Shown here in pieces: positions 28,402-37,158 of a DNA stretch of 58,673 nucleotides. A program made the position numbers and the translations under genes. The first letter of the stretch is position 1. The number at the start of each line of letters is the position of its first letter. A model generated the notes under the pieces. It did not search any database. It had not been told where the DNA came from and worked only from the letters and a program-made list of their open reading frames with translations. The DNA is from a virus. Lineage: Duplodnaviria > Caudoviricetes. The stretch is taken from IMG/VR virus record IMGVR_UViG_3300030329_002153, positions 1 through 58,673 of that record; one strand, 5' to 3'.

Positions 28402-28430
28402 ATCGTAACGTGTGCGTTTCTGGCTGTCAA
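28402..28430 (-). promoter_or_regulatory. Sigma70-type early promoter
   Basis: Minus strand TTGACA-17-TACGAT; spacer contains ACGCACACGT. Confidence 0.8.
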
Positions 28431-28599
28431 GCCACTTGCCTCTTGTATGTACGGATTTTCCACTAGGTTGGCCCCATCGTGGCACCAAGGTGCCATAGGG
28501 CACGGAGTGGTGGGATGCATTACATTGGCGCACTTACCAGTCTAGACTGGTGGCATTCCAATACCACGATACTCCATGCCCTATGGTCTTGGTTCTCGC

Positions 28600-28857
28600 C
28601 TACCAGACGAAGTCCTTCGTCTTGGCTTGCTCACTGTTGTCCCAAGCCTTGACAAGCCCCTCACTGACCTCACTAAGGTCAGCGTCAGACATTGCCACCA
28701 TAGGTGGCTCAGTGTCGGATCTCTGGCCGACTGGAAGCTCCATCACTGCCCTGATTTCAGGGCTTAGCGTGGTCCACACCTCTGGTGTGAGTTCGGCGCA
28801 TTCCTCCCCATGGAGGAAGTTCCTACGGTCTTCGATGGTCAAGAAACGTGGCATCAT
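28600..28857 (-). CDS. Hypothetical acidic protein
   Basis: 85 aa; GGAG RBS. Confidence 0.65.
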   Translation of the reverse strand: MMPRFLTIEDRRNFLHGEECAELTPEVWTTLSPEIRAVMELPVGQRSDTEPPMVAMSDADLSEVSEGLVKAWDNSEQAKTKDFVW

Positions 28858-28983
28858 AGCAATTCTCCGTAAATGTGGACCTAGGTCCAAGGTGTGAAAC
28901 CCCTCACACCCTCAGCAAGCTGAGGATGCGGGAGGGATCACACCCACCCTGCCAGAGGCAGGGCAAGTGCTTCCCAGTCAGCG

Positions 28984-29673
28984 TTAGCTGACAAGTCCCA
29001 TCTTCTGCATTTGCTCAGCAACAAGCTGAGCCGCTTCGAGCCGATCCCACATCCGTTTCTGAGCCGCTTCCCCAGAGGGGACGGTCACGGCTCCACAAGT
29101 GGAGTGTTCGTAGTCTCCGTTCTTGCCGACACGGATCTCTGTAGAGATCGGTGCATCCGAACACAGTTCAGCAGTAAGCTGCTGAACCAAGAACACATAC
29201 TCAGCAGGGTCGAGCCGCTTGAGTATCCGATCCACCGTTTCACCAGCTTTGCTGGTTGCCCGCTTCTCACCCTTCAGGGTGTGCTTGACTCGACCCCGGT
29301 CAGTGACCTCCCAGCCAGACACCGGAACAGCAGCTTTCTGCTGTCGCGGGGTCTTCACGGCATGAGCTTCGTACCATTCTCGGAACATTCGAGCCGTGAC
29401 CCCACTTGTGGGGTCGTCGGCCAAAGCCTCAGCAGCTTCGACAGAAGCATTGGGTGGGATCGCCACCACCTTGGGTGGTTCCGGCGTAGGTGCCGGTGCC
29501 GGTGCCGGTTTCGGTTTCGGGGTTTCGGTTTTCTCTACCACTTTAGTGGTCCTCCGATTGGGTTTGGTCGTCCTTCGACGACGGGTCTGACTGACCGGCT
29601 TGGCCGGTGCTGGGGTGACGGTCTCTGGAAGAGACACGAAGTCCTCGGTGGTCGCACTGAAATTCAGCAGCAT
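28984..29673 (-). CDS. Hypothetical protein with basic and Pro/Ala-rich N-terminus; first gene of the minus-strand early block
   Basis: 229 aa; AAGGAG RBS. Confidence 0.75.
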   Translation of the reverse strand: MLLNFSATTEDFVSLPETVTPAPAKPVSQTRRRRTTKPNRRTTKVVEKTETPKPKPAPAPAPTPEPPKVVAIPPNASVEAAEALADDPTSGVTARMFREWYEAHAVKTPRQQKAAVPVSGWEVTDRGRVKHTLKGEKRATSKAGETVDRILKRLDPAEYVFLVQQLTAELCSDAPISTEIRVGKNGDYEHSTCGAVTVPSGEAAQKRMWDRLEAAQLVAEQMQKMGLVS

Positions 29674-29742
29674 AGCAAAGCTCCTTCGGCACAAGGCCAG
29701 TTGGTGAAGCCGACTCGGATCGAATCGGCAAAAATCCTCATT

Positions 29743-29834
29743 TCTCTCTTCTTCTCTCTTTTTTCTTTCCCTTTTAAATGACGAGGAGCGAAGCGACGAG
29801 GAAGAGGGAAAGAAAAAAGAGAGAAGAAGAGAGA
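29743..29834. repeat. 30-bp perfect polypyrimidine/polypurine inverted repeat
   Basis: 29743-29772 is the reverse complement of 29805-29834. Confidence 0.92.
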
Positions 29835-29836
29835 TA

Positions 29837-30375
29837 TAGAACCCTCCCCACTAGTGGGGAGGGTTCTACACCCACTCCCCTTTAGGGGAGTGAGGGCAAA
29901 TCCTCCAACCCCGCGCAAGGACTCCGTCCGGTGGGCGGTTGGCAAGGCGGGCAGGTCAGGACTTGGCGTGTACCCAAGCACGCGCGACCCAAGAATCACC
30001 GGATTTTCTCTCATAGATTACAAAGTAATCTAAAAAATCGACAATGTTGGGAAAATAGTTGCCGAAGGGGGGTCGCGTACGCAGCGCGAAGTCCGGCGGG
30101 CGCGCGTACATGTACATGTACATGTACACATGTAGGCGTAGGCGAGAGCCGCAGCAGCGAGGCAGCGAGACCATCGACCAATCTTTGAACTTGCTAGCAA
30201 GTTCACATTCACTCAGCTTGCTGAGTGGGGAGGCGAGGTCAAGCCAAAGTTCTGGTAGCAAGCTACCAGCCAGCAGGAGAAACCGGCGTCTCCTAACGGG
30301 AGACGAACCCCAGACAATGCTTACCGTTCGGTAAGCATTGTTGCAAACCCGTGCCATACAACCACTTGTGGTTGT
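29837..30375. repeat. Cluster of perfect palindromes in non-coding DNA
   Basis: Palindromes at 29837-29868, 29873-29892, 30014-30032, 30186-30205, 30210-30227, 30252-30269, 30314-30341, 30358-30375. Confidence 0.92.
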
Positions 30376-30522
30376 CTGGCACCCCCGGCCCGGCCCCCTT
30401 CGGCGGCCCCTATAGGTATATCTAACGCTCGTGGAATTTTTCACCAAAACCAATACACGCATGAGAACGCTACCTACAGCGTCTGGCGTATTTTTTTGAG
30501 CAAATACCCCGTGTACCACGAG

Positions 30523-30560
30523 AAAACCCCCCACAAGCCGAATATGGGCCTGTGAGGGGT
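30523..30560 (-). terminator. Probable terminator of the minus-strand SSB operon
   Basis: Minus strand acccctcacaggcc-loop-ggcttgtgggggg followed by tttt. Confidence 0.55.
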
Positions 30561-30587
30561 ATCGTAGTCTGTCCAGCAGCGATTTAG

Positions 30588-30716
30588 TTACTTTCGCCTG
30601 CTGAGAGCCAGAACAACGGTACTGAAAATGACAACACCGGCAGCGACAAGGCCAAGTTCTCGGACAAGTTCGAGAGCTTTGGGGTCAATGTGGTGTGCGA
30701 CCTGAACAAGGTTCAT
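30588..30716 (-). CDS. 42-aa single-TM membrane peptide
   Basis: MNLVQVAHHIDPKALELVRELGLVAAGVVIFSTVVLALSRRK; GGAGGTGGAG RBS. Confidence 0.65.
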   Translation of the reverse strand: MNLVQVAHHIDPKALELVRELGLVAAGVVIFSTVVLALSRRK

Positions 30717-30796
30717 AACTCCACCTCCATGTGTGAGTGAGACACCTTATTGTCCCGCAAGTGGGCCGGGAAGGCTATGTCACCCCCACATATCGC

Positions 30797-30877
30797 TCAC
30801 TTGACCCAGACATCCCCCAAGCAGGAGACAACGGCGGCAATGGCGCAGAGCGCAAATACGAAGACGATGATGTCCAT
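30797..30877 (-). CDS. 26-aa hydrophobic peptide
   Basis: MDIIVFVFALCAIAAVVSCLGDVWVK; AGGTGAG upstream. Confidence 0.45.
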   Translation of the reverse strand: MDIIVFVFALCAIAAVVSCLGDVWVK

Positions 30878-30881
30878 TTTC

Positions 30882-32180
30882 TCACCTAATGTTGGATGAA
30901 AAGTGTCCGGAGTACCCTTCAGCCTTTGACCAGAGGTAGGCTTCGGCTGCGCGTTTATTTGCGACGTATCCTTTGGCAAAGTGCCAAGAATCGGTTCCGG
31001 AAAGGCTTGGGAGGACTCTAACCCGGACACCGGAGAACTCGTCGGTGTTTTTTATGACGAGTTGTTTTGCCCGGTGGTAGTGTCCGAGGTGGAATTCCCT
31101 CCAGCGTGAGTTTGCCCAGAGTTCTGGGACTTCTGCGGCCATGATGGCTGGCAGGTCGCGGTGTTGTTCTTCGTTACCGTGTGTGAAGCCGATAAGGTTG
31201 ACGCCGTAGTGTCGGTACTTGCGTGGTCTTGGATCGTTGTCGACGGTCACGTCGTCTTGTTTGCGGAACCACGCAGCGAGGAAGCGTGTCATATACCACG
31301 AGGTGGACGTGTCGTGGTTGCCGGGCACCCAGAGGAGTTCCACGGGTGCGACATCCAGACACCGTTCCACGGCGTGAACGATGGCCATGGTTCCGGCTTC
31401 GAACACTTGGGCAAACGGTCGATCTGTGTCGACGGGGGTTCCCTTCGTGGTGGTTCCCCGCCAGTTGTCGACCTGAAAGAAGTCGTTCCCGATGGGAAAC
31501 AAAATCCGCTCTACATCCCAGTTGTTGGTCTTGGAGAGGAGGTCGTCGACAGCGTTCAGGAATACTTTTTCTGCAACATTGGTGTCAAACTTCTCGGCTT
31601 GCCAGCAGAGCTTGCCGAAGTGGGCATCGAAGACGGAGACCTCCAGCATGTGGGGGTCTGCCTTGGAGTCGCGTTGCTTGGGCTTGGCTGCGCGTGCGGG
31701 GGTTCTTTTGAACAGTGACTCCAGCCCATCAGTGATGTGCTTGGGTGCCCGCCGTCTCAGCCAGAGCTTGACCTGCCAGAGGGTGGTCGTGGTTATCGCG
31801 CCGTCGATCTTGGAGGCAGACTCCCACGAGTTCAGAACCTGACGCTCGATCTCCCAGATCGTCGTGTCAATGTTCCCGTACTCCAGTGCCTCGTCTGGAG
31901 TTTTGATTCTGGACGAGATCGAAGTGATTGTCGCGGTGTCGTTGTTGGTCGCGTGTTCGAACCGTTCGTCGTCACTCTTTGTGAGATCCGGCTTCGGGAC
32001 AACACCATCGTTGTCTCGGGCCACAGATTGAATTTTGTTTTTGACAGAGTTGTAGGACCGGCCAAGATGCTCGCATATCTGTGGCGCAGAATGCCCGTCG
32101 GCGCGCATGTCCAGCAGTGTTTGAACTTCTCGTTCGGACCAAGGCTTCTTAGCCGTTGACCTCCGGGGCCTCTCTTCCAT
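30882..32180 (-). CDS. HTH + calcineurin-like metallophosphoesterase
   Basis: N-terminal W...E...L...GRSYNSV; DAHFG, GNDFF, PGNHD, HG, GHYH motifs. Confidence 0.88.
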   Translation of the reverse strand: MEERPRRSTAKKPWSEREVQTLLDMRADGHSAPQICEHLGRSYNSVKNKIQSVARDNDGVVPKPDLTKSDDERFEHATNNDTATITSISSRIKTPDEALEYGNIDTTIWEIERQVLNSWESASKIDGAITTTTLWQVKLWLRRRAPKHITDGLESLFKRTPARAAKPKQRDSKADPHMLEVSVFDAHFGKLCWQAEKFDTNVAEKVFLNAVDDLLSKTNNWDVERILFPIGNDFFQVDNWRGTTTKGTPVDTDRPFAQVFEAGTMAIVHAVERCLDVAPVELLWVPGNHDTSTSWYMTRFLAAWFRKQDDVTVDNDPRPRKYRHYGVNLIGFTHGNEEQHRDLPAIMAAEVPELWANSRWREFHLGHYHRAKQLVIKNTDEFSGVRVRVLPSLSGTDSWHFAKGYVANKRAAEAYLWSKAEGYSGHFSSNIR

Positions 32181-32472
32181 GAATTGCCTCCGCTTGTCTG
32201 TACAACACCAGCGCAATCACAGCGTAGTTGGCCAGATCCAGAAGGCTGTCTTCAACGGACTCGTTGGCCAGTTGCCGCTTCTTGGCAAATGTTTTCAGTC
32301 TGCTCATCTTGTCATTAGCCCTGACGATGGCTCCAAGCCATGCCGGGATTCCAAACTCTTCGCTTGCTCTTACGTTTGCAAAGGGGTCTTCATCGGTTCC
32401 GTAGTCTAGGTTTTTCTTGTCGTGCAGTTCAGCCATCTCTTTGAGGGCTGTGTGGAATGTTTGATCTGTCAC
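32149..32472 (-). CDS. DUF1599/Nmad1-like nucleotide-modification-associated protein
   Basis: HDKKNLDYG...DPFAN, DKMSRL, ESVEDSLLDLANYAVIAL. Confidence 0.85.
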   Translation of the reverse strand: MTDQTFHTALKEMAELHDKKNLDYGTDEDPFANVRASEEFGIPAWLGAIVRANDKMSRLKTFAKKRQLANESVEDSLLDLANYAVIALVLYRQAEAIHGREAPEVNG

Positions 32473-32660
32473 CGTCTTCCTCTCGGTTTGGTCATTTCTC
32501 GGACTGGGTCCACTGACGCCGGGACAGACCATGGGGTGGGTCCGACCTCTCGGGACCACCGCTCCTCTGTCCACTCCTCGCGGATCTCGGCGCAGATTCT
32601 GCGTATCTCTTCCGGCGTGGGGGAATACCCATGGGGGCCGTTTGGTCGATCCTTCGACAT
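32469..32660 (-). CDS. Small hypothetical protein
   Basis: PTPEEIRRICAEIREEWT motif; coupled to the next gene. Confidence 0.55.
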   Translation of the reverse strand: MSKDRPNGPHGYSPTPEEIRRICAEIREEWTEERWSREVGPTPWSVPASVDPVREMTKPRGRR

Positions 32661-32825
32661 GACGAACCTTGGCCCCCTTGTGGCACAAAGGAAGGACACC
32701 TGCCTGACTACAGGAAGGGAGCGAGGGCATGGCTTCCTGTGGCGGGACCAGAACAGGCGGGTTCTATCCCGCTTGCCGTCGCAGGTTTTTTGTTGTCCGG
32801 AAACCTGCCAAAACCGGTGCAAGAG

Positions 32826-33194
32826 TTAGAACGGGACTTCCTCGTCATTGAACCCGGAAAGTTGCTGCTGGTCCATAGCAGGCTCACTGTCAGGAGCTTC
32901 GTCCTCGACAGTGATTCTCTGGACCGTGCAGTTGATGAAGATCCTGTCTTCCCACTTCCTGCCGTCCAGACTTCCGTCGACACGAACCTTCTGCCCCTCC
33001 TTGACCATCACGTCGTACTCCTCGGCCTGACGACCGAGCTTCTGCACGATGACCGGTTGCATTGTCGGCTGTCCCCGCCAGTCCTTGATCTCTTGCTCAA
33101 GCACAATCTCCAGCAGGGGCGTGTCCTTGGCACCGACAGCCCTCAAGGTTTTCTTGCTCACAGTGCCGGTTAGTGTTACGTTGTTGATGTCCAT
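32826..33194 (-). CDS. ssb: Single-stranded DNA-binding protein
   Basis: INNVTLTG, KEGQKVRVDGSL OB-fold pattern; acidic tail DEEVPF. Confidence 0.85.
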   Translation of the reverse strand: MDINNVTLTGTVSKKTLRAVGAKDTPLLEIVLEQEIKDWRGQPTMQPVIVQKLGRQAEEYDVMVKEGQKVRVDGSLDGRKWEDRIFINCTVQRITVEDEAPDSEPAMDQQQLSGFNDEEVPF

Positions 33195-33250
33195 GCCCTT
33201 CTCCATATCTTTCGTTGCGCCCGGAACCACCTCCGGGCCTTTGGGCTAAG

Positions 33251-33279
33251 ACTATATAGTAACGCAAGAGTGAATGCAA
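33251..33279 (-). promoter_or_regulatory. Sigma70-type promoter for the ssb operon
   Basis: Minus strand TTGCAT-17-TATAGT. Confidence 0.6.
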
Positions 33280-33289
33280 GGGGCAGGGT

Positions 33290-35779
33290 GTGGCTAATCC
33301 CTATCGTGATATCGTTACTGGTGATTACCACACCCCGAGGTATGTCACGCGAGGTGAGGGGCAGCCGCAATTTTCCAAGGTGGCTGACCGGGAAGCGTTC
33401 CGTTACGACAGGACGCGAGACGCAATTCACGGTGTCGACTTTTCTGGTGTGGCGAGGGATATGGGTCTGGGGAGCGAGCAGGCCGCCAAAGACTGGTTCC
33501 AAAGTCTGGGGGTCCAGCAGCGTCAGAAAGTCAGGGAATCGTGGCCTCTTTTCAAAACGGAAAAGTATGGCCTCATGCCGTTCCAGATTGTTGATAAGGA
33601 GGACTTGAGAGATCCGGGCAGGAGGACGGACAGGGGCGGTGACCCAACTCTGTATGAAATGTTTCGTGGAGAACTGGTTGACCCTGTCCTCGACATGCTC
33701 AACATCAACGAGAAGGAAAGGCACACAGATCCATTCCATGGCGGCGAACCAAGGCCGACGATGTTTCGCGCCGCAGACAAGTTGAACAGAGACTTGGGCC
33801 AGATGCTTGGCACAGAGAAAGGCACAGCCACGGGTGGGCTGGGGACTCTGGCCGAAGACTACGAAGAGAATGTTGCAAAGCCGTTTCGTAGAGACTTGCC
33901 CGGAACTTACGTTCCGATGTATGCGCAGGGTCTCGGGATCTGGAGTCCAGAAGAGGCGTCTGCCTATAGGGACAGGGTGACCAACAGGCCGAACCTCGCT
34001 GAGTCGATTGGCTACGACCCGCTGAACCTGTTCGAGGTTGGTGCCCTGACGAAGCTGGTTCAGGGCGGGCGGATGGCTAGAGGCGCAGGGTCTCTGGAGG
34101 ATATCGCCAAGTTCCGAAACCTCCACACCCCTGCAAGGGATACTCTGTTCAACCGAATGACTGGAGAGTTCGATCCCGGCAGGAGGCAGGCCATGGGCGG
34201 GATGGCTGCTGGTGCTGCCGCTCTTGCCGGTCTGAAGGGCGCGACGATGGCTGGACCCGAGGCAGCCAAGGTGGCTTCCACGGTGGCGCATGTCTCCGGT
34301 GTTGATCCGACCGGACCCAGTGTAGTTCTGGAGGGTCTTCTGAAGCACGGCTCTGATAAAGGTCGAGCCGTACTCTTGGACTCGATAGGTGATGCTGCTC
34401 GCCAGTCTGGCAAGGGCGGTGATCCTATTGAGTGGGTTCACAGACCCAACCTAGACAAGGCAAACAGAAGACGACAAGGACAGCAGACAACGCGATACGA
34501 GTCCTTGGGAGACCTTCTCAAGGCGGAGAAAAGAAAAGTAACGTCGGGGGATCTGAAACACCTAGACCACACAGATAAAGATGTGCAGCATGCCGTCGCG
34601 CAAGAATGGGGAAAAAAATACCCCCACCTTGCCAAAAAGTTCAACGAGGGAACACTCGATATTGGCAGGTACGCCGAAGAGCAGGAAAACTTGAGCAAGT
34701 TCTGGAATAAACTGTACAAATACCATGCTCGTGGTCGAGGTGCCGCAAAGGGGCTGAGTTTCACCGAGTATGCAAACTTGCCTCGCACTAGAAAGAGAAT
34801 TGCCAAAGTAGAAGAAGCAAACAAATATTACCTACAACACACCCCAGAAGGGTCCATGGATGAAATGATGAAGTCTGGACGAGCCGAGGGGGCATCAGAT
34901 GTCTATGGCGATGACCCACTCTCTTACCATGCCCAAAGTGCAGGCATGGACGAAGACGTGCGAGATATTATGTGGGAGATGGACCCAGACGAAATAGAAC
35001 CGGGATCGCACTGGTTCGGTGCCGACGAGGCCATGGACGATCTAAAGAGCGACATGATGTACGCCATGGATGACACCGAAATTTGGGGCGACAAGTCCAA
35101 ATACCTAGGCTCCTTGGCTCACGAGGGGAAACGTCAATACATACCAGAGGTTGAGCAGGGGTTGCGGCAGGCACTTGGCGTGGAAACCCCTGCCGGGCAG
35201 CATGCGGCCCAGACTCTTGACGATTTCCTTTTGCACTCAATTCACGAAATGGAGAGATCGAAAGCCGCATCGCATCCGTGGCCAATAACAAGAACTGATA
35301 AGCACGGACTGCATGAGTTATACGGAGACGAGGCGATAAGGTATCTCCAGAAGCAGAGGATGGCTGTCAAAAAGAACGGAATATTCGCTGCTGATGAAGG
35401 TGTGCTACACGAGTGGGCCGATAACGACTTTGTTGGGTATATGGATGCCAAGTGGGTTAGCGCAAGTTCGCCCGGACCAAACAGAACAATCGGAACTATT
35501 CCAGACAGGGAGAGGTACTTACAGGAACTCACAGACCACGGAAGGCCGAGATCCGACGCAGGAACGAGATATTCTGAGTCTGGCCAGCAACCGTTCAGGC
35601 TTCCGTTCGACAAGACCCTGTCGGTGGGTCCGTCGCAAGCACCCAAGAGGCGGGTCAGTTTGCAGGAGTCCCTCAAGAGGGCCGGGGCACCACCATCAGA
35701 GGTGGAGGCCGCAGGTGGAGCATTCGATGCGGTCGATCCGCCCCTTATCAAAATGTTGAAAAGGCATAGAAGGAAATGA
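33290..35779 (+). CDS. Large hypothetical protein, probably virion-associated
   Basis: 829 aa; YDPLNL motif; internal RRQAMGGMAAGAAALAG segment. Confidence 0.7.
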   Translation: MANPYRDIVTGDYHTPRYVTRGEGQPQFSKVADREAFRYDRTRDAIHGVDFSGVARDMGLGSEQAAKDWFQSLGVQQRQKVRESWPLFKTEKYGLMPFQIVDKEDLRDPGRRTDRGGDPTLYEMFRGELVDPVLDMLNINEKERHTDPFHGGEPRPTMFRAADKLNRDLGQMLGTEKGTATGGLGTLAEDYEENVAKPFRRDLPGTYVPMYAQGLGIWSPEEASAYRDRVTNRPNLAESIGYDPLNLFEVGALTKLVQGGRMARGAGSLEDIAKFRNLHTPARDTLFNRMTGEFDPGRRQAMGGMAAGAAALAGLKGATMAGPEAAKVASTVAHVSGVDPTGPSVVLEGLLKHGSDKGRAVLLDSIGDAARQSGKGGDPIEWVHRPNLDKANRRRQGQQTTRYESLGDLLKAEKRKVTSGDLKHLDHTDKDVQHAVAQEWGKKYPHLAKKFNEGTLDIGRYAEEQENLSKFWNKLYKYHARGRGAAKGLSFTEYANLPRTRKRIAKVEEANKYYLQHTPEGSMDEMMKSGRAEGASDVYGDDPLSYHAQSAGMDEDVRDIMWEMDPDEIEPGSHWFGADEAMDDLKSDMMYAMDDTEIWGDKSKYLGSLAHEGKRQYIPEVEQGLRQALGVETPAGQHAAQTLDDFLLHSIHEMERSKAASHPWPITRTDKHGLHELYGDEAIRYLQKQRMAVKKNGIFAADEGVLHEWADNDFVGYMDAKWVSASSPGPNRTIGTIPDRERYLQELTDHGRPRSDAGTRYSESGQQPFRLPFDKTLSVGPSQAPKRRVSLQESLKRAGAPPSEVEAAGGAFDAVDPPLIKMLKRHRRK

Positions 35780-35991
35780 TGGAACCCGGAAACTGGATCG
35801 CCGTTATTGCCATCACTATTAGTGTTGTCGGAGCCGCCGCTGGGTGGATGTTCCGCATGGCCAGAGGCATGACGAAGCTGGAGGCACTCGTCCACCGTGT
35901 GGAAAAATGTGAGAAAGCGGTTGAAAAAAGTTCAGCAAAACTAGAGGATCATGCTGTGAGGCTGGTGAAGCTGGAAACAACCAGCGTGTGA
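35776..35991 (+). CDS. Small TM + coiled-coil protein (holin/hemolysin-like)
   Basis: WIAVIAITISVVGAAAGW followed by heptads ending RLVKLE. Confidence 0.6.
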   Translation: MMEPGNWIAVIAITISVVGAAAGWMFRMARGMTKLEALVHRVEKCEKAVEKSSAKLEDHAVRLVKLETTSV

Positions 35992-36026
35992 CACCATAGC
36001 ATCAGGCACCAAGAGGAGACGAGGGA

Positions 36027-37142
36027 ATGTCAACAGACGCACCGATGCCAGATAACGGTCAGGAAATTCAGCAGCCGCAGATCAACACCGAGGCTCCACC
36101 GCCTCCCGTGTCGTTCGAGGCGGCGGCCACGCAGCAGCCAGCCCCGCCGACCGCAGCGGCTGGGGTTCGCGAGGCTTTCGCCGCTCGCGGGTACGATGTT
36201 CAGAACTTCCAAGACGACCAGCAGTTCATCGAGACGATTGAGTCTGGCCTGTCGCAGTTGACCGACCTGCCTCAGTTGCAGCAGCTTGCCGAGTACGGGA
36301 GAAAGTATCTCAGTGAGCAGTCCCAAGGGGAGCCTGTCTCTGAGCCGCCTCCGGAATCCTACACGGATGTCAATCAGGCTCCTGCTGGCAACTGGCAACC
36401 TCCAGAGTTTGACCCAGCTTGGGACAATCTGCTCACCCTCGACGCAGCGTCTGGCCAGTACATTCCAGTCAACGAACATGTGAACCCGGCTGTTGCCCAG
36501 AAGGCCAATGAGTACAAGGACTGGATGAGGGATCAGGGCCAGCAGTTCTGGAAGAACCCATACGAGTTCATGCAGAATGGACTCCAAGGTTGGATTGAAA
36601 ACACGATTGATAGTCGTGTGTCTCAGATCGAAGACCGAAGAAAATATTCAGAAGAGGTCGATCAGTTCTTGAACCAGAACGCAGCTTCGTTGTACCATCT
36701 TGACGAGCAAGGCAATATTGTGCATGATCCTGTGACAGGGGAAGAGTCCCTGACACCACAGGGCCAAGCCCTAAAGAATTATGCTGAGCAGGCTCGTTCA
36801 TCAGGCATGAGAGACCCAAGAGCAATCCAGCAGTATGCGGTCGGAATGCTTGAGCGAGACAGCCTACTACAACACAATGTTCAGTTGCAGCAGTACCAAC
36901 AGCAACAGCAACAGCAACAATACGAGACGCAGCAGCCCATGACCCCCGAGCAGGTCAATCAACAGCAGAAGGAGTCGTTTGTCTCCAGAGCGTTGCCGCA
37001 GGGTTCAGGGTATGCTCCAAACTACGACGCGACGGTCGCATCCGCTGCGGAAGCGGGAATTCCTCAGAACGGTGAATCGTCATTTTTTGACATGGCCGTT
37101 CCGGAAATGATGAACATGGGGATCATGCCCCAGACTGGCTAG
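36027..37142 (+). CDS. Putative capsid scaffolding protein
   Basis: Acidic Gln/Pro-rich 371 aa directly upstream of the capsid gene. Confidence 0.65.
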   Translation: MSTDAPMPDNGQEIQQPQINTEAPPPPVSFEAAATQQPAPPTAAAGVREAFAARGYDVQNFQDDQQFIETIESGLSQLTDLPQLQQLAEYGRKYLSEQSQGEPVSEPPPESYTDVNQAPAGNWQPPEFDPAWDNLLTLDAASGQYIPVNEHVNPAVAQKANEYKDWMRDQGQQFWKNPYEFMQNGLQGWIENTIDSRVSQIEDRRKYSEEVDQFLNQNAASLYHLDEQGNIVHDPVTGEESLTPQGQALKNYAEQARSSGMRDPRAIQQYAVGMLERDSLLQHNVQLQQYQQQQQQQQYETQQPMTPEQVNQQQKESFVSRALPQGSGYAPNYDATVASAAEAGIPQNGESSFFDMAVPEMMNMGIMPQTG

Positions 37143-37158
37143 TTAGGGAGAACACCAG

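Noticed and set aside
27014-30375. CRISPR or mini-CRISPR array
   Set aside because: Only two copies of the stem-loop, 1.3 kb apart with genes between them; the other palindromes do not share a repeat sequence or regular spacing; no cas genes.
29664-30534. ORFs across the palindrome zone (29664-30014, 29956-30534, 30059-30334)
   Set aside because: No RBS, implausible composition (YMYMYM from the TACATG repeat), and the DNA is better explained by its structures.
28300-30550. tRNA or tmRNA genes
   Set aside because: No cloverleaf with a T-arm GTTCRA in a proper context was seen by eye; tRNAscan-SE would settle it.
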